Shown one piece after another: positions 39,377 through 54,312 of a stretch of DNA of 64,000 nucleotides. The notes below the pieces were generated by a model. It was not told the origin of the DNA, made no database searches, and saw only the letters and a list, made by a program, of their open reading frames with translations. The DNA lies in contig OX597828.1 in the NCBI GenBank assembly GCA_951406725.2, forward strand, positions 64,666,001-64,730,000. Direction: 5' to 3'. How positions within the stretch are numbered: position 1 is the stretch's first letter; each line of letters begins with the position of its first letter. The stretch is from Octopus vulgaris. Its lineage: Eukaryota. The position numbers were made by a program, and so were the translations under genes.

Positions 39377-39401
39377 CATATCTACATTTATTCAGACATA
39401 T

Positions 39402-39434
<33 letters not shown>

Positions 39435-39553
39435 AAATAAAAAACAGAACACAAAGGATGTCGCGGTTTTTATTTCATTTGATACATATATCCTCTCACC
39501 TCTGCTACTATACAAATGCTTATACTTATCAAGTATTCACCCTGAATTTATTG

Positions 39554-39638
<85 letters not shown>

Positions 39639-39711
39639 GTAACATATGGTATAATTATCAACGAGGCAAATTTTAGCAATTTCTCTGCAGACTGAAAAAA
39701 ATGATGAACAA

Positions 39712-39752
39712 CCTGAATTGATTTTCGAACCTTATTGGGTTCTCATCAGAGG
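39712..39752 (-). ncRNA. Minimal type I hammerhead, canonical core
   Basis: Minus strand reads cct-CUGAUGA-GAACC caauaa GGUUC-GAA-AAU ca AUU-C-agg, in a ~240-bp island between (TA)n and (CT)n. Confidence 0.75.
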
Positions 39753-39872
39753 CGTCCACATCATTCTGACAATCTCCAGGGAAACAATCAGCCAAACTGT
39801 TTAGATATTGAACCAATGCAGCAGTTACTCTATGAAGGAGACCCTAATTTGCTGACCGAAATTGTTTAACAT

Positions 39873-39934
<62 letters not shown>

Positions 39935-41010
39935 TCTCTCTCTCTCTCTACACACACATACACACTAAAATATTTACAGATTTCCTAAAATTCAGAATAC
40001 AGACAAGAAAGTACAGCATTTCTATACACACTTGTACCTAGGAAGCTAAATTTGCTTCAAACCATCTAGGAAATACAATATTCCTAACTCTGCCGCTTCG
40101 ACTGCATCATTGGTTCCCATGTTGACATTAAACGGCGTGTATATATTTTGGCTAAGCATGAATAGACACAGAGAAGTATTGAATTCCTAACACACATTAT
40201 AACACTGCAGCTAATCTTGCGATTCGTGATAAATCATGTGTTGAGTATTTACTTTTTAATTTTGTTTCGACCGAGATGTATTTATTTACTATATTCATTC
40301 AATTCGGTTTATTTACCAAACTCATTTGTCCACTCGTACAAGATGTGTTTTATCAGCTCAATTATAACATGATATACAAACAAATCAATATAAGTGTGTA
40401 AATCTAGTTTCTGAAGTGATTTTAGTAGCAATTATCGAGGCCGAATATGGGGGATGGCAAATCCATTAGAAGATTTATATTTTATTGCACAAGAACCCTT
40501 TCCATGATTGGCTATAAATTATGTATTCCAGGATAGGTTGTTCGTGAAATCGAATCGAAAGCAGATCAAATGTGATTTGGTAATATAAACATCTGTAAAA
40601 TACTGCACCAATTAAATCCATCTTACAGACTTCGTTACAGACATTTCTTCTGTAAGTTTATGGTTAAATCATTATTCAGAGAGATGTGGGGTCGATTTTA
40701 TGAGAGAATAAAAGTTTCACACGATTCATTGTTCTACCCGAGTGAAATCGAGATTGATTTGTCGATTAAATAAATACATGTACACTCGAGAGAGTTTTTC
40801 TTCCAATCGAGTTTATACCAGTTCGGAGATATTTTAGGTATTTTCTGTGTTGTTGCCAATTCCATTATATGAAGACATACAACAAAACAAACTGGAAGAA
40901 TGTTCAGTAATCAAAAGGCAGTGCTCTTACTTTAGTTTTTCTTCCAGAACACTTTTGATATGAGAAATAAGAAATAAAATACAGTATTATAAGTATACAC
41001 CCGCACACGC

Positions 41011-41086
<76 letters not shown>

Positions 41087-41211
41087 TCATTTAAATTACA
41101 AGAAAACCATCCAAAGAGCATTAAAAAATTCCATATGCTAAATAAAACTAAATAAAATTCCAATAAAAAATTGAATATATATACATACAGAAACACACAA
41201 ACACACACAAA

Positions 41212-41245
<34 letters not shown>

Positions 41246-44200
41246 TGAATAAGTATGTATGTACGTATGTATATATGTTTATATGTATGTATGTATGTAT
41301 GTATGTATATTTTTGCGTGTGTGTATGCATATGTATAGAGATAATGCATTCAAATATAAAATTAAATTAAAGAAACTTATGTCTGATAAAGAAAATATAA
41401 ATTACATATATAACGTAAATTTTATAAATGAAGAGAGAAATTTACAGACATTCGAAAAAAGCAATTTTGAAAAATGCATTATCAGAAAAAGAAATACTGA
41501 CAAATAAATACGTTTAAAAAGGAATTTAATTGGTCTGGTAATAGTTAAAGATATTCATTTACTCAAATAATTTGGGATTAGGTTTTTCTTAAGATAGGAA
41601 AACAGTTCATATATTGCTGTATTATTTGCAACATAGCAACTGTGAAATGGAGTCAGTCTTGATGAAAAATAATTTTAAATATTCTAATAAGTAATAAACT
41701 ATCAAATCATGCATTGGGTTATGCCTAAATTGAAAGTCATTCTCTGTATTCATAAAATGAACCATCCTCTTTAATGATTCGGTGTAACCGATAAACAGCA
41801 ACAGGCTTTTGTAGCTGTCCGGTGTACTTAAATCCACATAGACTGATTTAACGATAATAACACGAAAATCTGAGTGCTGGACTACTCTGGCTAATCTTAC
41901 GTAATGTGAGTTAACACCATACGACAAGACATAATCCCTTGTGCAGGATTCGACTTCACACCCAAACATTTTAATACAACTTATACATAATGTACATTCC
42001 TTTACATATAGACACATCAGATATATAAACTATTACATTAGATGTTCTCATAGTCACCCCATTATGGCATTCTGCTGACATTGCCACCCTACAACTCCAA
42101 ACTTGCGTGAACGACTAGAAACTTAGTTCCAAATAGATTAAAATTAACTCCTTCCAAATCCGTCATTTTGTTTCTTACTAACAATGAAATATCAGTCTCA
42201 GATATGCAACCAAAGCGAACATAGAGACAAAAAATGCTTTTAGTTATTCCAATTTAAATTAAAATTACATACATTCAAATTACATACAGAAGTCATTTAA
42301 GGATAAATATGAAAAGAAAATACAAAAGAAAATACTTGTACAGTAGAAGCAACAGTTATAAAATAAAATGCTACGTCATCGTAGATTATACAAACCAAGT
42401 ATGAGTTATAGATTTTTCCACAACAGACCGTACCAAATTTAAAGAACACAAAATATTACTCAAAACATTCTGCCAGATGCCGGCATTGTAGCAGAAGTAT
42501 GATCGCTCTTTAATTGTTTGGTATCCGCATTTTGCCTTTTACTTTCACGTGATGGCCGAGTCCATTTAACATTACGCGAACTGTCTACCCACTTAACGTG
42601 ATAAATTAGCCAACGTCCCTAAATCAGCTACTTAAGGGGCAATTTTCCTCTAATTTTTTAAGGAGGTGAGTTTGTTTCGTGCGAGTTTTGATCTTGGACT
42701 TGAAAGCAGTTTAAATCATTTTGTGGTTTGTAAGGAAGAGATTGTAAACATGAGAATTAAAAACAAAATCTTTGACGCTGTTTTGCTTTTCTTTTAACAT
42801 TTATCTTCAACTTCGAGAAACATTTTGAAACCATGAAATGTTTCTAACAGAGTTCTACTTGTTATGCCAGTCGATGGATTTCACTTTAGGTTTGTAAATG
42901 AATGTTGCAGTGCGGTCAACGTTTACTTCTCTTTGTATTTTCTTAATGATATTCATCCTGACTCATTTTCACTGAATTTAACCACTGCTAAAACCATCAA
43001 AAGATCTGATCTACTATGGAATAATGATGCTTACAGTAAAAGATAAGCTGGACCTAGTAAGTTAACAGTTTGTGAAAAAAAAAATTCCAAATCACAGGTT
43101 TTATGGCAAACATTCAATCGTTCTAAAGTGTCAGACATTCTTAACCCCAACCCCTGCTCAAATCAAATGAACATATCAAATATGCATACAAAATTAAAAT
43201 CAGTATCAATAGTTCGATCAATTCAGAAACACGAAGCTAAATTGAACACCAGCAGCTGTATAAGGTTATCACTTGTTGCATTCTATGCCTTGTCTCAAAC
43301 TGCCAAATCAGATAGACCCCAGATAGACTGATAAAGCAACAGCAGCGTCCGAACGCTTTCATACACTAAATATGGATGTTATTCCCTAAACTACTGTGTG
43401 ATAGAGTGCATAGCCTGGTTTACAATTAGATACGTAGAATTATGTCTGATGTATTAAAACATTTGGTCAGTAGATTACACTTCATTCTTTTTCTGAATGC
43501 TTCCATGACTTAGAGCTAATCAATAATCAACCAGGAATGCCCGAGCAGCATAACAGCAGCAACACTAACAACCAGGATTTAGATGTGAATGCATAAGGAA
43601 ACATTAAACTGACATTATGCTGTGTTGACATATAATTAGTAGTTATCTTCAGCTATTTTCTGGGCTTTCACATGGTAACAAGAAAAATATCTAAGGATGT
43701 ATTTAAGAGGAAGTATTCTTAAGATGCTGCATAAAGAAAGATGTAAAATAATGTTTGTAGATGTTTAGAAAGACTTTTAGTCGTAAGCAGCTTTCGGGAG
43801 ATAATTACCCTCAACTTAAAAGGAAAAGAAAACCTGGAAACATATTCGCCTAGGAATGAAAAAAATAAATGATGTATGGAGAATAATCTCTAAGCTGCTG
43901 TCACACTTTGACGCTGTAATACAAACAATACATTATGATTAATGTGTATCTTCTGAAAATGAGTATTTGAGATTGTTTTCTTAGATATCAAACTGCACTA
44001 TAGGAAAAAACATGCTAAAAGTGTAGGAAACGATAGGCATGTTCTCAGTGCTATGACTTCATGATTTCGGACATGTTGACCGATATATCGAGAGTAAACA
44101 AGATATCCAAAGTGCAGTGTTGCAGTTTTCTTATTTAATCCATAAATTTATCTTAAATAGCTTTAAAATGTCCTACCTAACTTCGAAACAAAACAGTTTA

Positions 44201-44489
44201 CCAAAAAGACTAAAGCTGAATGGTTAAAACATGCAGAAAATAGGAAGTGTAATTTCAGCAAACAATTTTATTGCGATATAAAAGGTACCAGTTGTAAGCG
44301 TCCACCGAAAAGCATACATATGAAGTGCATTCCTGAAGTTTTAAGACATATTTTTAAGAGAGCCGGTTAGAACTGTCCTAAATTATTGCAAATTTAGTGT
44401 ATCATTACTATACATTTCATAAACTGACTTTCCAAATGTTATTCCGGATTGAAGGTGGCGGTTATAACAGCTCTTAAATATATCCTAAA

Positions 44490-44872
44490 ACTAAAGCTGA
44501 CCAGAAGAGAATTAATGCATTCGAGCTTTGGTGTTGGAGAAGACTTTTACGGATTCCATGGACGCGAGGCTCACCAATGGAGAAATTCTTAAGCAGATCA
44601 GGCCGAAACTGTAGCTAGAAGCTAGGATCATCAAGTATAGATCGACATATTTTGGTCATATTATGCGGAGAAAATCCCTGGATAAGGACATCATGCTCGG
44701 AATGGTCAGTGGCAAGAGAGAAAGAGGCCGAACAAGAACTCGCTGGCTTGACACCATCAAGAGTGACACGTGAATGGACATAGCGAATCTGAAAGAAGCG
44801 ACCCAGGATAGAACTGGGTGGAGGACATTGATCCATCGAGTAACCGAGAGTCGATTTCGACTGAGCGGATAG
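44490..44872 (+). mobile_element. RTE (BovB-like) LINE 3' fragment
   Basis: INAFELWCWRRLLRIPW...YFGHIMRRKSLDKDIMLGMVSGKRERGRTRTRWLD. Confidence 0.88.
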
Positions 44873-45074
44873 GTAGATAGAAACACAGCTTATCATAGCT
44901 GACAAGTTTGCACAACGCAGTCGGGACATGAAGACAATTTGGAAGGTGGATGTGCAGTAAAATACGAAAACTTTCGAAATGCTCCGGACTGCTCATGGAT
45001 TAACTTGTGTGAGTTAAGCGTCTGTTTTACCCTGACACAAGATGCTAGGCAAGCACGGTCACCGGAAACCTCAT

Positions 45075-45535
45075 GATGATCCCCTTTTCCAAAAGAATGA
45101 GTATCATCCACATCCACTGGGTTCCTCCTGACCAAACAGTGAACAAAGAGTACTTTTTGGAAGTTTTGAAGTACTTCAAGAAGACACATCGTCGGAAAAG
45201 GCCAGAGCAACTGCACCAGAAAAATGCATCAGACCACAATTCCATCCTAGTAAGCAACTAATTGACAGCGATGGGCATGAAAACATTACCTCACCTTCCG
45301 TACAGTCCAGATCTTGCTCTCTATGTCTTTTGTTGTTCCCTTATCTGAAGGGTCCTAGACATCTTCACTTTGGAGGATTTCCATGGGAGCCATCACAAAG
45401 TGGCTGGAGCTTTACAACAAGTACTTTGGAGTCAGAGTATCCATTCTGAAGGCGATTGGAGTTTTGTACTTCTTTGAAATTAATAAATGTCTCTCCCGCA
45501 AAAAAATCTCAAAACTTCTGGAATTCCTCCAGTAA
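45075..45535 (+). mobile_element. Mariner transposase C-terminal remnant with possible right TIR
   Basis: WVPPDQTVNKEYFLEVLK...RKRP...TLPHLPYSPDLA (mariner YSPDL motif). Confidence 0.85.
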
Positions 45536-46589
45536 TGCTAAATTTTACGAATTAAGTGAGTGAATCCATGTGTGAGTGAGTGAGTGAGTGAGTGAATGTA
45601 TAAGTGACTGAATCCATAAGTGAGTTAGTGAATCCATGACGAAAGATTAACTTAACGATATATCACAGAGGGTAAAGAGGAAATGTTTGACTGCGACCGG
45701 CAGATATCAGTTTTGCCAGTGATGCATCTTGGGTTTACATTAAATGATATTTCACATCAACTTTACTTTATTTCTGCTAAAACAAAAATGTCGAATATAA
45801 ACAGGATTTTCAAAATGCATTATTACGCATTTCTAAATTCATAGCCTTAATATCATTAATAGAAAAAGTATAACCTAGCGAAAATATTACTCTTCGGTGT
45901 CAAGATAAAGCGGGAGGGGGGGACGAAAAAGAGAAGTAGAAGAATAGTGTTAAACAAAATAGATTCCTTGCCTTATAAGTTGTAGAGAGACGCCAGAAGG
46001 ATAGAGTTGGCATCGAAAACTTTTAAGAAAATGGTTAAGCTAAATAGACAATGTAGCAAATACGGCCAACAGGAAATATTATACTGCAAAAATAACATGC
46101 GTGGTATCAAAAAACTGTTACATCGTTATATTCCTGTCGCTAGACTAAGACTATGTGTTGTATTTTAAGTTGGAGGAACGGCAAAGTTTGGAAGAAAAAA
46201 CATTAAGAAAGCGCTTGGTTAAGTTTCTCCAACATTCATATATAAACAAGGTGTATAATGTATTACAAAGTAAATAAAAACTATAGCCAACTGTATACAG
46301 ATTGTATAAGGAGGCATAAACAAAGATCCAAAAAGCGAGGAGAAACTGATAGACATTGAGAGTAAATAAAGCATCATAAACAAGACAGAATGAACTAATT
46401 CTATCAATAACCAAACTGTGTTTAAAACCAAGGTAATATATTGCTCAATGTGGGTAAATCAAATGAATAGGGCTGGCAGTGATCAAGTCTGAAAGTAGGA
46501 AACTGAAACATATTGCAGATGTATTATGAATATTGCATTTCCAGATGAAATTGTGAATCATGAAATAACAAAGCAGCACATATTGATAT

Positions 46590-46807
46590 ACTCTCTTTTA
46601 TACTCTTTTACTTGTTTCAGTCATTTGACTGCGGCCATGCTGGAGCACCGCCTTTAGTCGAGCAAATCGACCCCGGGATTTATTCTTTGTAAGCCCAGTA
46701 CTTATTCTATCGGTCTCTTTTGCCGAACTTCTAAGTGACGGGGACGTAAACACACCAGCATTGGTTGTCAAGCAATGCTAGGGGGACAAACACAGACACA
46801 CAATCAC

Positions 46808-46863
<56 letters not shown>

Positions 46864-47026
46864 GACAGGCTTCTTTCAGTTTCCGTCTACCAAATCCACT
46901 CACAAGGCATTGGTCGGCCCGGGGCTATAGCAGAAGACACTTGCCCAAGATGCCACGCAGTGGGACTGAACCTGCAACCATGTGATTGGTTAGCAAGCTA
47001 CTTTCCACACAGCCACTCCTGCGCCT
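46590..47026 (-). mobile_element. SINE family A
   Basis: Reverse-complement match to family A, full length. Confidence 0.9.
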
Positions 47027-47047
47027 ATCTTTGTTATTGTTTTAATA

Positions 47048-47194
47048 TTGATTTCAAATTTTGGCACACGGCCAGCAATTTTGGGGAAGGGGATAAGTCG
47101 ATTGAATCGTCCATGTTTTCTCAGCTGGTACTTATTTTTTTGACCGCAAAAGGATGAAAGTCAAAGCCATCTTGATGGAATTTGAACTCAGAAC
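47048..47194 (-). mobile_element. Diverged SINE family B-related fragment
   Basis: ggtacttatttttttgaccgcaaaaggatgaaagtcaaag...ggaatttgaactcagaac. Confidence 0.65.
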
Positions 47195-47205
47195 TTGTAT
47201 CAATG

Positions 47206-47772
<567 letters not shown>

Positions 47773-47773
<1 letters not shown>

Positions 47774-49130
47774 TTCTTTATTGGCCACACAGGGCTGCAC
47801 ACAGATGGGACAAGTTACAAGGTAGAGCTTTTCTTTTGGGGGATGAAGAGAACAAAAAACAAAAGAAAAAAAGGGGTGGCGTAGGTTTTCGATCAAGAGG
47901 GATCGTAGAAGGGAAGAAAAGAACAAAAACAAAAAAACAAAAAATTGAATAAAATAAAAGGAATAAAAAGAAAAAAAAGGAAAGGAAAAGGAACAAAGGA
48001 AAGAGAAATGAAAAAAGAAGAAAAAAGGGGGGAAAAAAGGGGAAGAGGAAAAAAAGAACGATCAATAGGGATCGTGTATCACAGTGTTATGATATATGGT
48101 GTAAAGGGGAAAGCAAGTAAGGTTTATCCGTGGGAAGAAAAGCCTACGAAAAAGACCACGGTAACCTTGGTCAATATTGTTATATGTTACCACATTTGTT
48201 TGCAAGTGGGTAACCCTCTGTTTTCAATTTCTGGGTTCATAGGATTATGCTCAAGGTGGCTTCGTCATTCATACGTGCCATCCTTGCTACATTCACCCAT
48301 CTTTTTTAAAACATTCGCTAGACAAAACTTGCCTCTCTACTCTCACTTTCCTTTTCAAGTGGTACTTGAAGAAGTTGATGAGAGATTGACCAGAGAGGAA
48401 AGTGTTTGTCTCCAATCCTTTCAGACGCGTCCACCAGATACATTCTTTCGCCATAGCCACAAGGATGATGAAAATAGCTCTTCCTTCCCGTTTGAAGGAA
48501 GGAGGCGTGACAATATTGACGATAGACTCAGCTGATAAACCGACTCGTCCCACACGTGACAGCAGTTGTTCGACATAAGCCCACAGGTCGGAAATTGTTG
48601 GACACTGCACGAGTGCGTGCAGAACGGTTTCGTCGCTCTGACCGCATCTCGGGCAGGTCGGCCCCGTGTTTCTCGAGCCGTGTCTGTAGAGCTTATCCCG
48701 AACGGGTAGCGCTTCTCGGTAGCACTGCCAGGCCAGGGATCTCTGGAAGTTGTCCATGGGCCCTGGCCCGAAAGTCGTCCTGAACAGGCGGGTCAGGTAC
48801 TCCTCGTCGACGTCCAGGTTCGCCCTGAGCTCGTCGTCGTACCTCCCCTCCACTAATCCCCTATAGAATGCTTTGGTTGTGTTGAAGTCACTCAAGGTCG
48901 ACCCGGGACGGCAGAGTTGCTTGAGAGCAACGCGACACTCGCGGTGCCATTCGCCCTTCCTCGGCCTCTTTTTGATCCACGACTGCAGTTCGGTCATGGA
49001 GACGAGCTGCGGGAAAGCGTGCCTCACAAACGGCGACCACACCTGTTCACCGTCGTCTACATAGAGCCAGAGATGTCGCAGTCTCAGCGCGTGTCTGCGC
49101 ATCATCAACCACGGCATGCCCAGCCCTCCT
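47773..49130 (-). mobile_element. 5'-truncated Tx1/L1-like LINE (ORF2 C-terminus with zf-RVT) embedded in (GATA)n
   Basis: GGLGMPW...ALPVRDKL...CPRCGQSDETVLHALVQC...IWWTR (ORF 48293-49117); pyrimidine-rich 3' UTR, AATAAA, then (TCTA)n. Confidence 0.9.
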
Positions 49131-49219
<89 letters not shown>

Positions 49220-51432
49220 GCGTGCTGAAGAGTAGCTGGCTTTGGTTAAAAAATAGAGGACAATCTGCTGATTATGATTTTGTTCAACATCTGTTATACT
49301 CACACACTTGTTGCAGCGGTCCATTCTCTCTCTCTTTCTACTTATCTCTCTCCCTCTTTCTCTCCTTAAGTAAACGATTGACACTAGATTTCCTGCTACT
49401 CTCTGTTAGAGGTGACCCACTAATATCATTTCTTACGACTATACACCTCTCCTGCCTCTCTCGTTACCGCCCCCAACAACCCTTCTTTTCATTCTACCGC
49501 CTCCTCTTTCTACTTCTCTTACTCCTCTCTCTGTTTTAATCAGTTTTATGGGCTCACTGTTTTATTCTATCCTTCATCTTGTTTACATTTAGGGACTCGT
49601 CTAGATTAATCTTTGGGTTTTGTATATAAATTAACAGAGTGTATAATTTCAAGGATATTCACTTTTGACTCTATGTTTGCGTCGATCTATAATTAAAGGT
49701 GTTCCAGCTGTGACCATTCCACTTTTTGTATGTCAGTGATTATATTCTCTAATGTAACTTAACATTTTTATCTCTTCGCCGGGAAAGAGATCAGCGCCAT
49801 TGATCTTTACCCGCTTATTCTGATTTTCTGCAACAAAATTTCGGTTATATCTCATTCAGTAGAAAGAACACTTATAGTTATTTAGCCACTGCTTATCACT
49901 CTACATGCTACAGAATATTGGGTATTTTGTTTCATGGGGAGATAATACAAAAGGAGACAAAAGCAAAAACAAAAAAAAACATAAACAAATAAATAAATAA
50001 GCATTTACGCGTCACTTAAAACCATTTGGCATTGCACGTTTGCGGAAGGCATTGACATTATAACCTTTTAGGTTTAGCTTATTTTGAGATACAAGAACAT
50101 TTCCATTTATTTACAAAGTACAACGAGGTATTTATGGATATAGGAACAGCGTGTGTATTCCACTCAAACAATATTCGTTGGAAATATATTTCCTTATCCA
50201 TTCGTCCATTACAGTTTAATTTTACAAGTTTCAGCCGACCACAAAACCTGCTGCAGAAACAATTATATCTTATTTTTCTTGTCTTTCTTTCACATACCTT
50301 CACTACATTCATGGAGGTTTATTCAATTATTTATTGTTTTACGTTATCTATTGGCAGTAAATTCTCTTTTTTCCCGTCCTCGTTTTCCTGTTACATCTAT
50401 TACTGTTCGCCAAATAAACTAATCTACATACAAAATTCTTGTTTTATTTTAGGCAGTTCAATTAAACATCTGCGCCAAGTATGAAGGGAAAAGACTCCAC
50501 CTCGAATATTTTTTCTCAAAACAGAAATGTTTGTACATAGATTCATTTCCTGGTTCTTCTGTTTCACCGAAATATATTTTCAACATGTCTTTTCTCAAAA
50601 TGCTGAATATTTTCGTGTTTACTTTTTCACGAAAAAAGTCAGTTTCTTTATTGTATAGTTGATTACCTATTGCACGGTTTATTTATGTCTACACACTCCC
50701 TGTCTCTCTCTCTCTCTCTCGCTCTCTCTGTCTCTCTCTTTCACTCTGTCTGTCTCTTCCTCTCTAACTCTTTTTCTCTTTCTCTCTATCTCTCTCTCTC
50801 TGTCTCTCTGACAGATGGATAGATACTAGAGAATATGTAGATAGATATGTTACGTCAAAATGTTATTAATAGTTATCCTCCCAACATGCTATCAATTATC
50901 ATGCAAGATACAGAGATGTCTAAGACACATGCCAGAACCCTTCTGGTTATATTTGTACTTATTTGAGGATTTTACTTTACTCCAAAATGCTTCATTAGCC
51001 TTCAGTTCGTTTACATTCACTTTATACAACTGCTGTCTATTCTTTTGGTAATTCCTTTCACTGCTCTTTCTTCATTTTTCTTGTACGCTTCTATATTACT
51101 TTCTAATTCCTATTTCTGTTTCTCATCTTTTGTTTAGTGTTGAATTGTTTCATTTGTTTTAATTTTTGTCTTCGTATTTTCTCGAACTCTGTAATAATTA
51201 GTTATTCAGCTCTCGAAACATAAAGATATCTAATTGGGAGGAATTCAATCGGAATATCCTTTACGAATGTAAAATCCTCCAGGGTTTTTGTTTCATGCAA
51301 ATAGTCTGTTTTTCTAAAGGTGAAAAACAGTTGACTACATTCATTAAATAGAATCGAATATTCATCAGAATTCACTATTGCTTTGTCATTTTAACTTCAT
51401 ACTGTTATTGGTGAAATTTTAATTACTAATAC

Positions 51433-51558
51433 TGGTTTCAAATTTTTCCCCAAGGTTAGCAAATAGGGATGGAGTAAGTCGCCTACGTCGACACAAGTGC
51501 TTAACTGCAGCTTATTTTATCGACCCCGATTGCATGAAAGGCAAAGTCGATGCATTTA
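51433..51558 (-). mobile_element. Diverged SINE family B-related fragment
   Basis: cttattttatcgaccccgattgcatgaaaggcaaagtcga. Confidence 0.6.
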
Positions 51559-51560
51559 AT

Positions 51561-51615
<55 letters not shown>

Positions 51616-51646
51616 TATACATATACATATACATATATATATATAT

Positions 51647-51710
<64 letters not shown>

Positions 51711-51845
51711 TGCTTATGGGGTGTTTTGGCGGGCAATTTAACTGGCCGTGTGCATACGTACATATGTATGTATGTATGTACGTTCGTATATGTAAGTATA
51801 TCGTTTGTTCTGCATATATATCTGTATTTATGTACTCTTGATATA

Positions 51846-51902
51846 TTCAACCGATGACGGTAAAGCTTATTTAAAGCAAAACCAGAAATCCTGGATCTTG
51901 AA
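51846..51902 (+). ncRNA. Type I hammerhead-like motif (U4C core) in an element bounded by (TA)n (~51708-52048)
   Basis: ttcaa-CCGAUGA-c GGU...ACC a-GAA-AUCC u GGAU-C-ttgaa; conserved box at 51994-52007. Confidence 0.65.
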
Positions 51903-52042
51903 TTATTCAATAACTTTTGCTTGTCTATTTTGTCCCTCTGTCTCATCTCATGGTACGATATGAACATTTAACGTGGTTTTTATAGTCAGAGTTTCGACTG
52001 CTATTTCGGCATGGTGGTGTCTCTCAGACACCCTCATTTTTA

Positions 52043-52113
<71 letters not shown>

Positions 52114-52120
52114 TATATAT

Positions 52121-52159
<39 letters not shown>

Positions 52160-52160
<1 letters not shown>

Positions 52161-52374
52161 TGCGTTTTTGGATTTGGTTTGCAAGATTCTTTATATGAGT
52201 TCGTGTGTTGAAGCATATTCTGTTGCGTCTGGGGTGAGTAATTTTCTTTTTGTGCCCTAGAATGTAACACACACACCGGTAAAATTTCCACTTCTTTCTT
52301 ATTTTTCTTATTTTACCGGTGAGTGTGTTACATTATAAGGCACAAAAAGAAAATGACTCTCCCCAGACACAACA

Positions 52375-52377
<3 letters not shown>
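52160..52377. repeat. Fold-back element (arms ~52220-52286 / 52311-52376) between (TA)n tracts
   Basis: ctgttgcgtctggggtgag...cacaccggtaaaat versus attttaccggtgagtg...ccccagacacaacag; same family as 33208-33375. Confidence 0.8.
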
Positions 52378-52423
<46 letters not shown>

Positions 52424-52425
<2 letters not shown>

Positions 52426-53147
52426 ACAATTGAGGGTAAAATTAATTAATTAATCAATTTTACCAAGTATTCAGTATACAAAGGGACCATTTAAGGCGAA
52501 TTCAAATTATTACATTATATAAAAGGGCTTAGTAAAATAAATTACTTTGCCGCATACTGAACTCATTAGAAATAGCAGCTAAAAAAAAAAAAAAACTTTT
52601 TCAAAAACTATTTCCAATACTTAAAGAAAACCTCTCTCATATAGTGTTTGCTCAATTCAACTCACAAAAGTATGGGGGTAGAGACATTAAAAAATCAAAT
52701 GCAAAGGTTATTTGAGAACGTACGTTTCAAGATTAGTCAAAATCGACACTTCTATCATCAGCTCAGAACTCCCTGGTTTGGATTTGAAAACACTGAAAGT
52801 GGGAGCATACCCTTTCGGCTTGTTATCACCTCTGAAGATCTGCTCAAAACTAACAGTGCCAGCAAATTCAAATATGCAAGCGAAGAATTTCTGCTCTCCC
52901 TTTCCACCAGCGTGGGTTAAAATCAGCAAACACTATGCTTTTTTCGGTAAAATCCGAGGCATTATATAGAGAGAGATGAATTATAATTTCAACAATTGAG
53001 GGTAAAATTAATTAATTAATCAATTTTACCAAGTATTCAGTATACAAAGGGACCATTTAAGGCGAATTCAAATTATTACATTATATAAAAGGGCTTAGTA
53101 AAATAAATTACTTTGCCGCATACTGAACTCATTAGAAATAGCAGCTA
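52424..53147 (-). mobile_element. Retrozyme-like element: 566-nt unit with a 158-bp direct terminal repeat
   Basis: 52424-52581 equals 52990-53147; central hammerhead; (TA)n flanks; no coding capacity. Confidence 0.88.
52713..52765 (-). ncRNA. Type I hammerhead ribozyme, canonical core
   Basis: Minus strand reads tgag-CUGAUGA-u AGA...UCU u-GAA-ACG ua CGU-U-ctca; palindromic stem III. Confidence 0.8.
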
Positions 53148-53769
53148 TATACATATAGTAAAAAGGGTAATAGAATAAATTATCATTACCAGTGATCGAG
53201 CACAAAAGACAAATTAGTCATTAGACTATATGTTATTCATATATAAGTACATTAAAAGGCCTCTCTATATATATATGGCTATATATATATATATAGAAGT
53301 AATACTCATCGCCACTGAAAATTGGCTGTTCCGAAAGAACGACAATACTGCTATTTTTAGCCCTAGGAAGACACCGCCTCCAGATGGATATTCGATCCCA
53401 TCAATCTACATTATATGTTGTTACTATTACCCATTGCTAATTAATTCGTGGAATGGTGATGTTCTTGTTTGTGTGCTAAATTCCAGAAGATTTGTACGAG
53501 AATAGAATCATAGAAAATCAATTACTTCTCCGGTAAACATCTAATCTATTTCCTCTACATATGCAGTAAAGACTAAAGAAATACGGAGAAATGTGCCATT
53601 TCACTAAATCTATGTTTAATAACTTCTCACCACAATTCTTGTTATGTTGTCCTAGAATACTCTTTTTTTTTTGTTTTTACATGTGAGTGCTTCCGCTAAA
53701 ATGCACGAGACACCGCGATGCCCGCTTTCTGTATTTTAATATAGAAAAATACATTATTATAAATGCCAC

Positions 53770-54126
53770 AAGAATCGACTCTGCATTTCATCCTTTCGGG
53801 GTCGATAGAATAAGTACCACTTAAACACTGGAGTTGATGTAATCGTCTTACCCGCTCTTTCGAAATTGCTGGACTTGTGCCAAAATTTGAACCCAATGTT
53901 TAGGGAATGAACGTTGGAGACCTGGCGAAATCGTTAACACTTCAGGCAAAATATTTAGCGGTGTTTGGTACATCCTTACGTTCTGAGTTCAAACTTCGTC
54001 GAGGTCGACTTTACATTTGAGTTATTTTACGCTCTATAAGATAAGTATCAGTCAAGCACTGGGGTCGATGTGATCGACTAACGGTCCTCCATCCCGCCGA
54101 CTTGCTGGCCTTGTGCCAAAGTTTGA
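53770..54126 (+). mobile_element. Two adjacent diverged SINE family B-related copies
   Basis: tttcatcctttcggggtcgatagaataagtacc (~53790) and gttctgagttcaaacttcgtcgaggtcgactt (~53980). Confidence 0.75.
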
Positions 54127-54312
54127 AAGAAAAAATTGTGGAATGTGATCATTATCTCATTCAATGAGATAATGATCCAGTGATGCATATACAAAGGCCT
54201 GTATATGTATGTATGTATGTATGTATATATATGTATATATATAGAAATTCGGGGTGAGTACTTGATAATTATAAGCACCTGTGTATACCGTTTGGTGGTG
54301 TAGGTGGTGGAG

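Noticed and set aside
52567-52581. tagaaatagca resembles part of the Cas9 sgRNA scaffold
   Set aside because: An 11-nt coincidental match to an engineered sequence; it is the reverse complement of the conserved element box.
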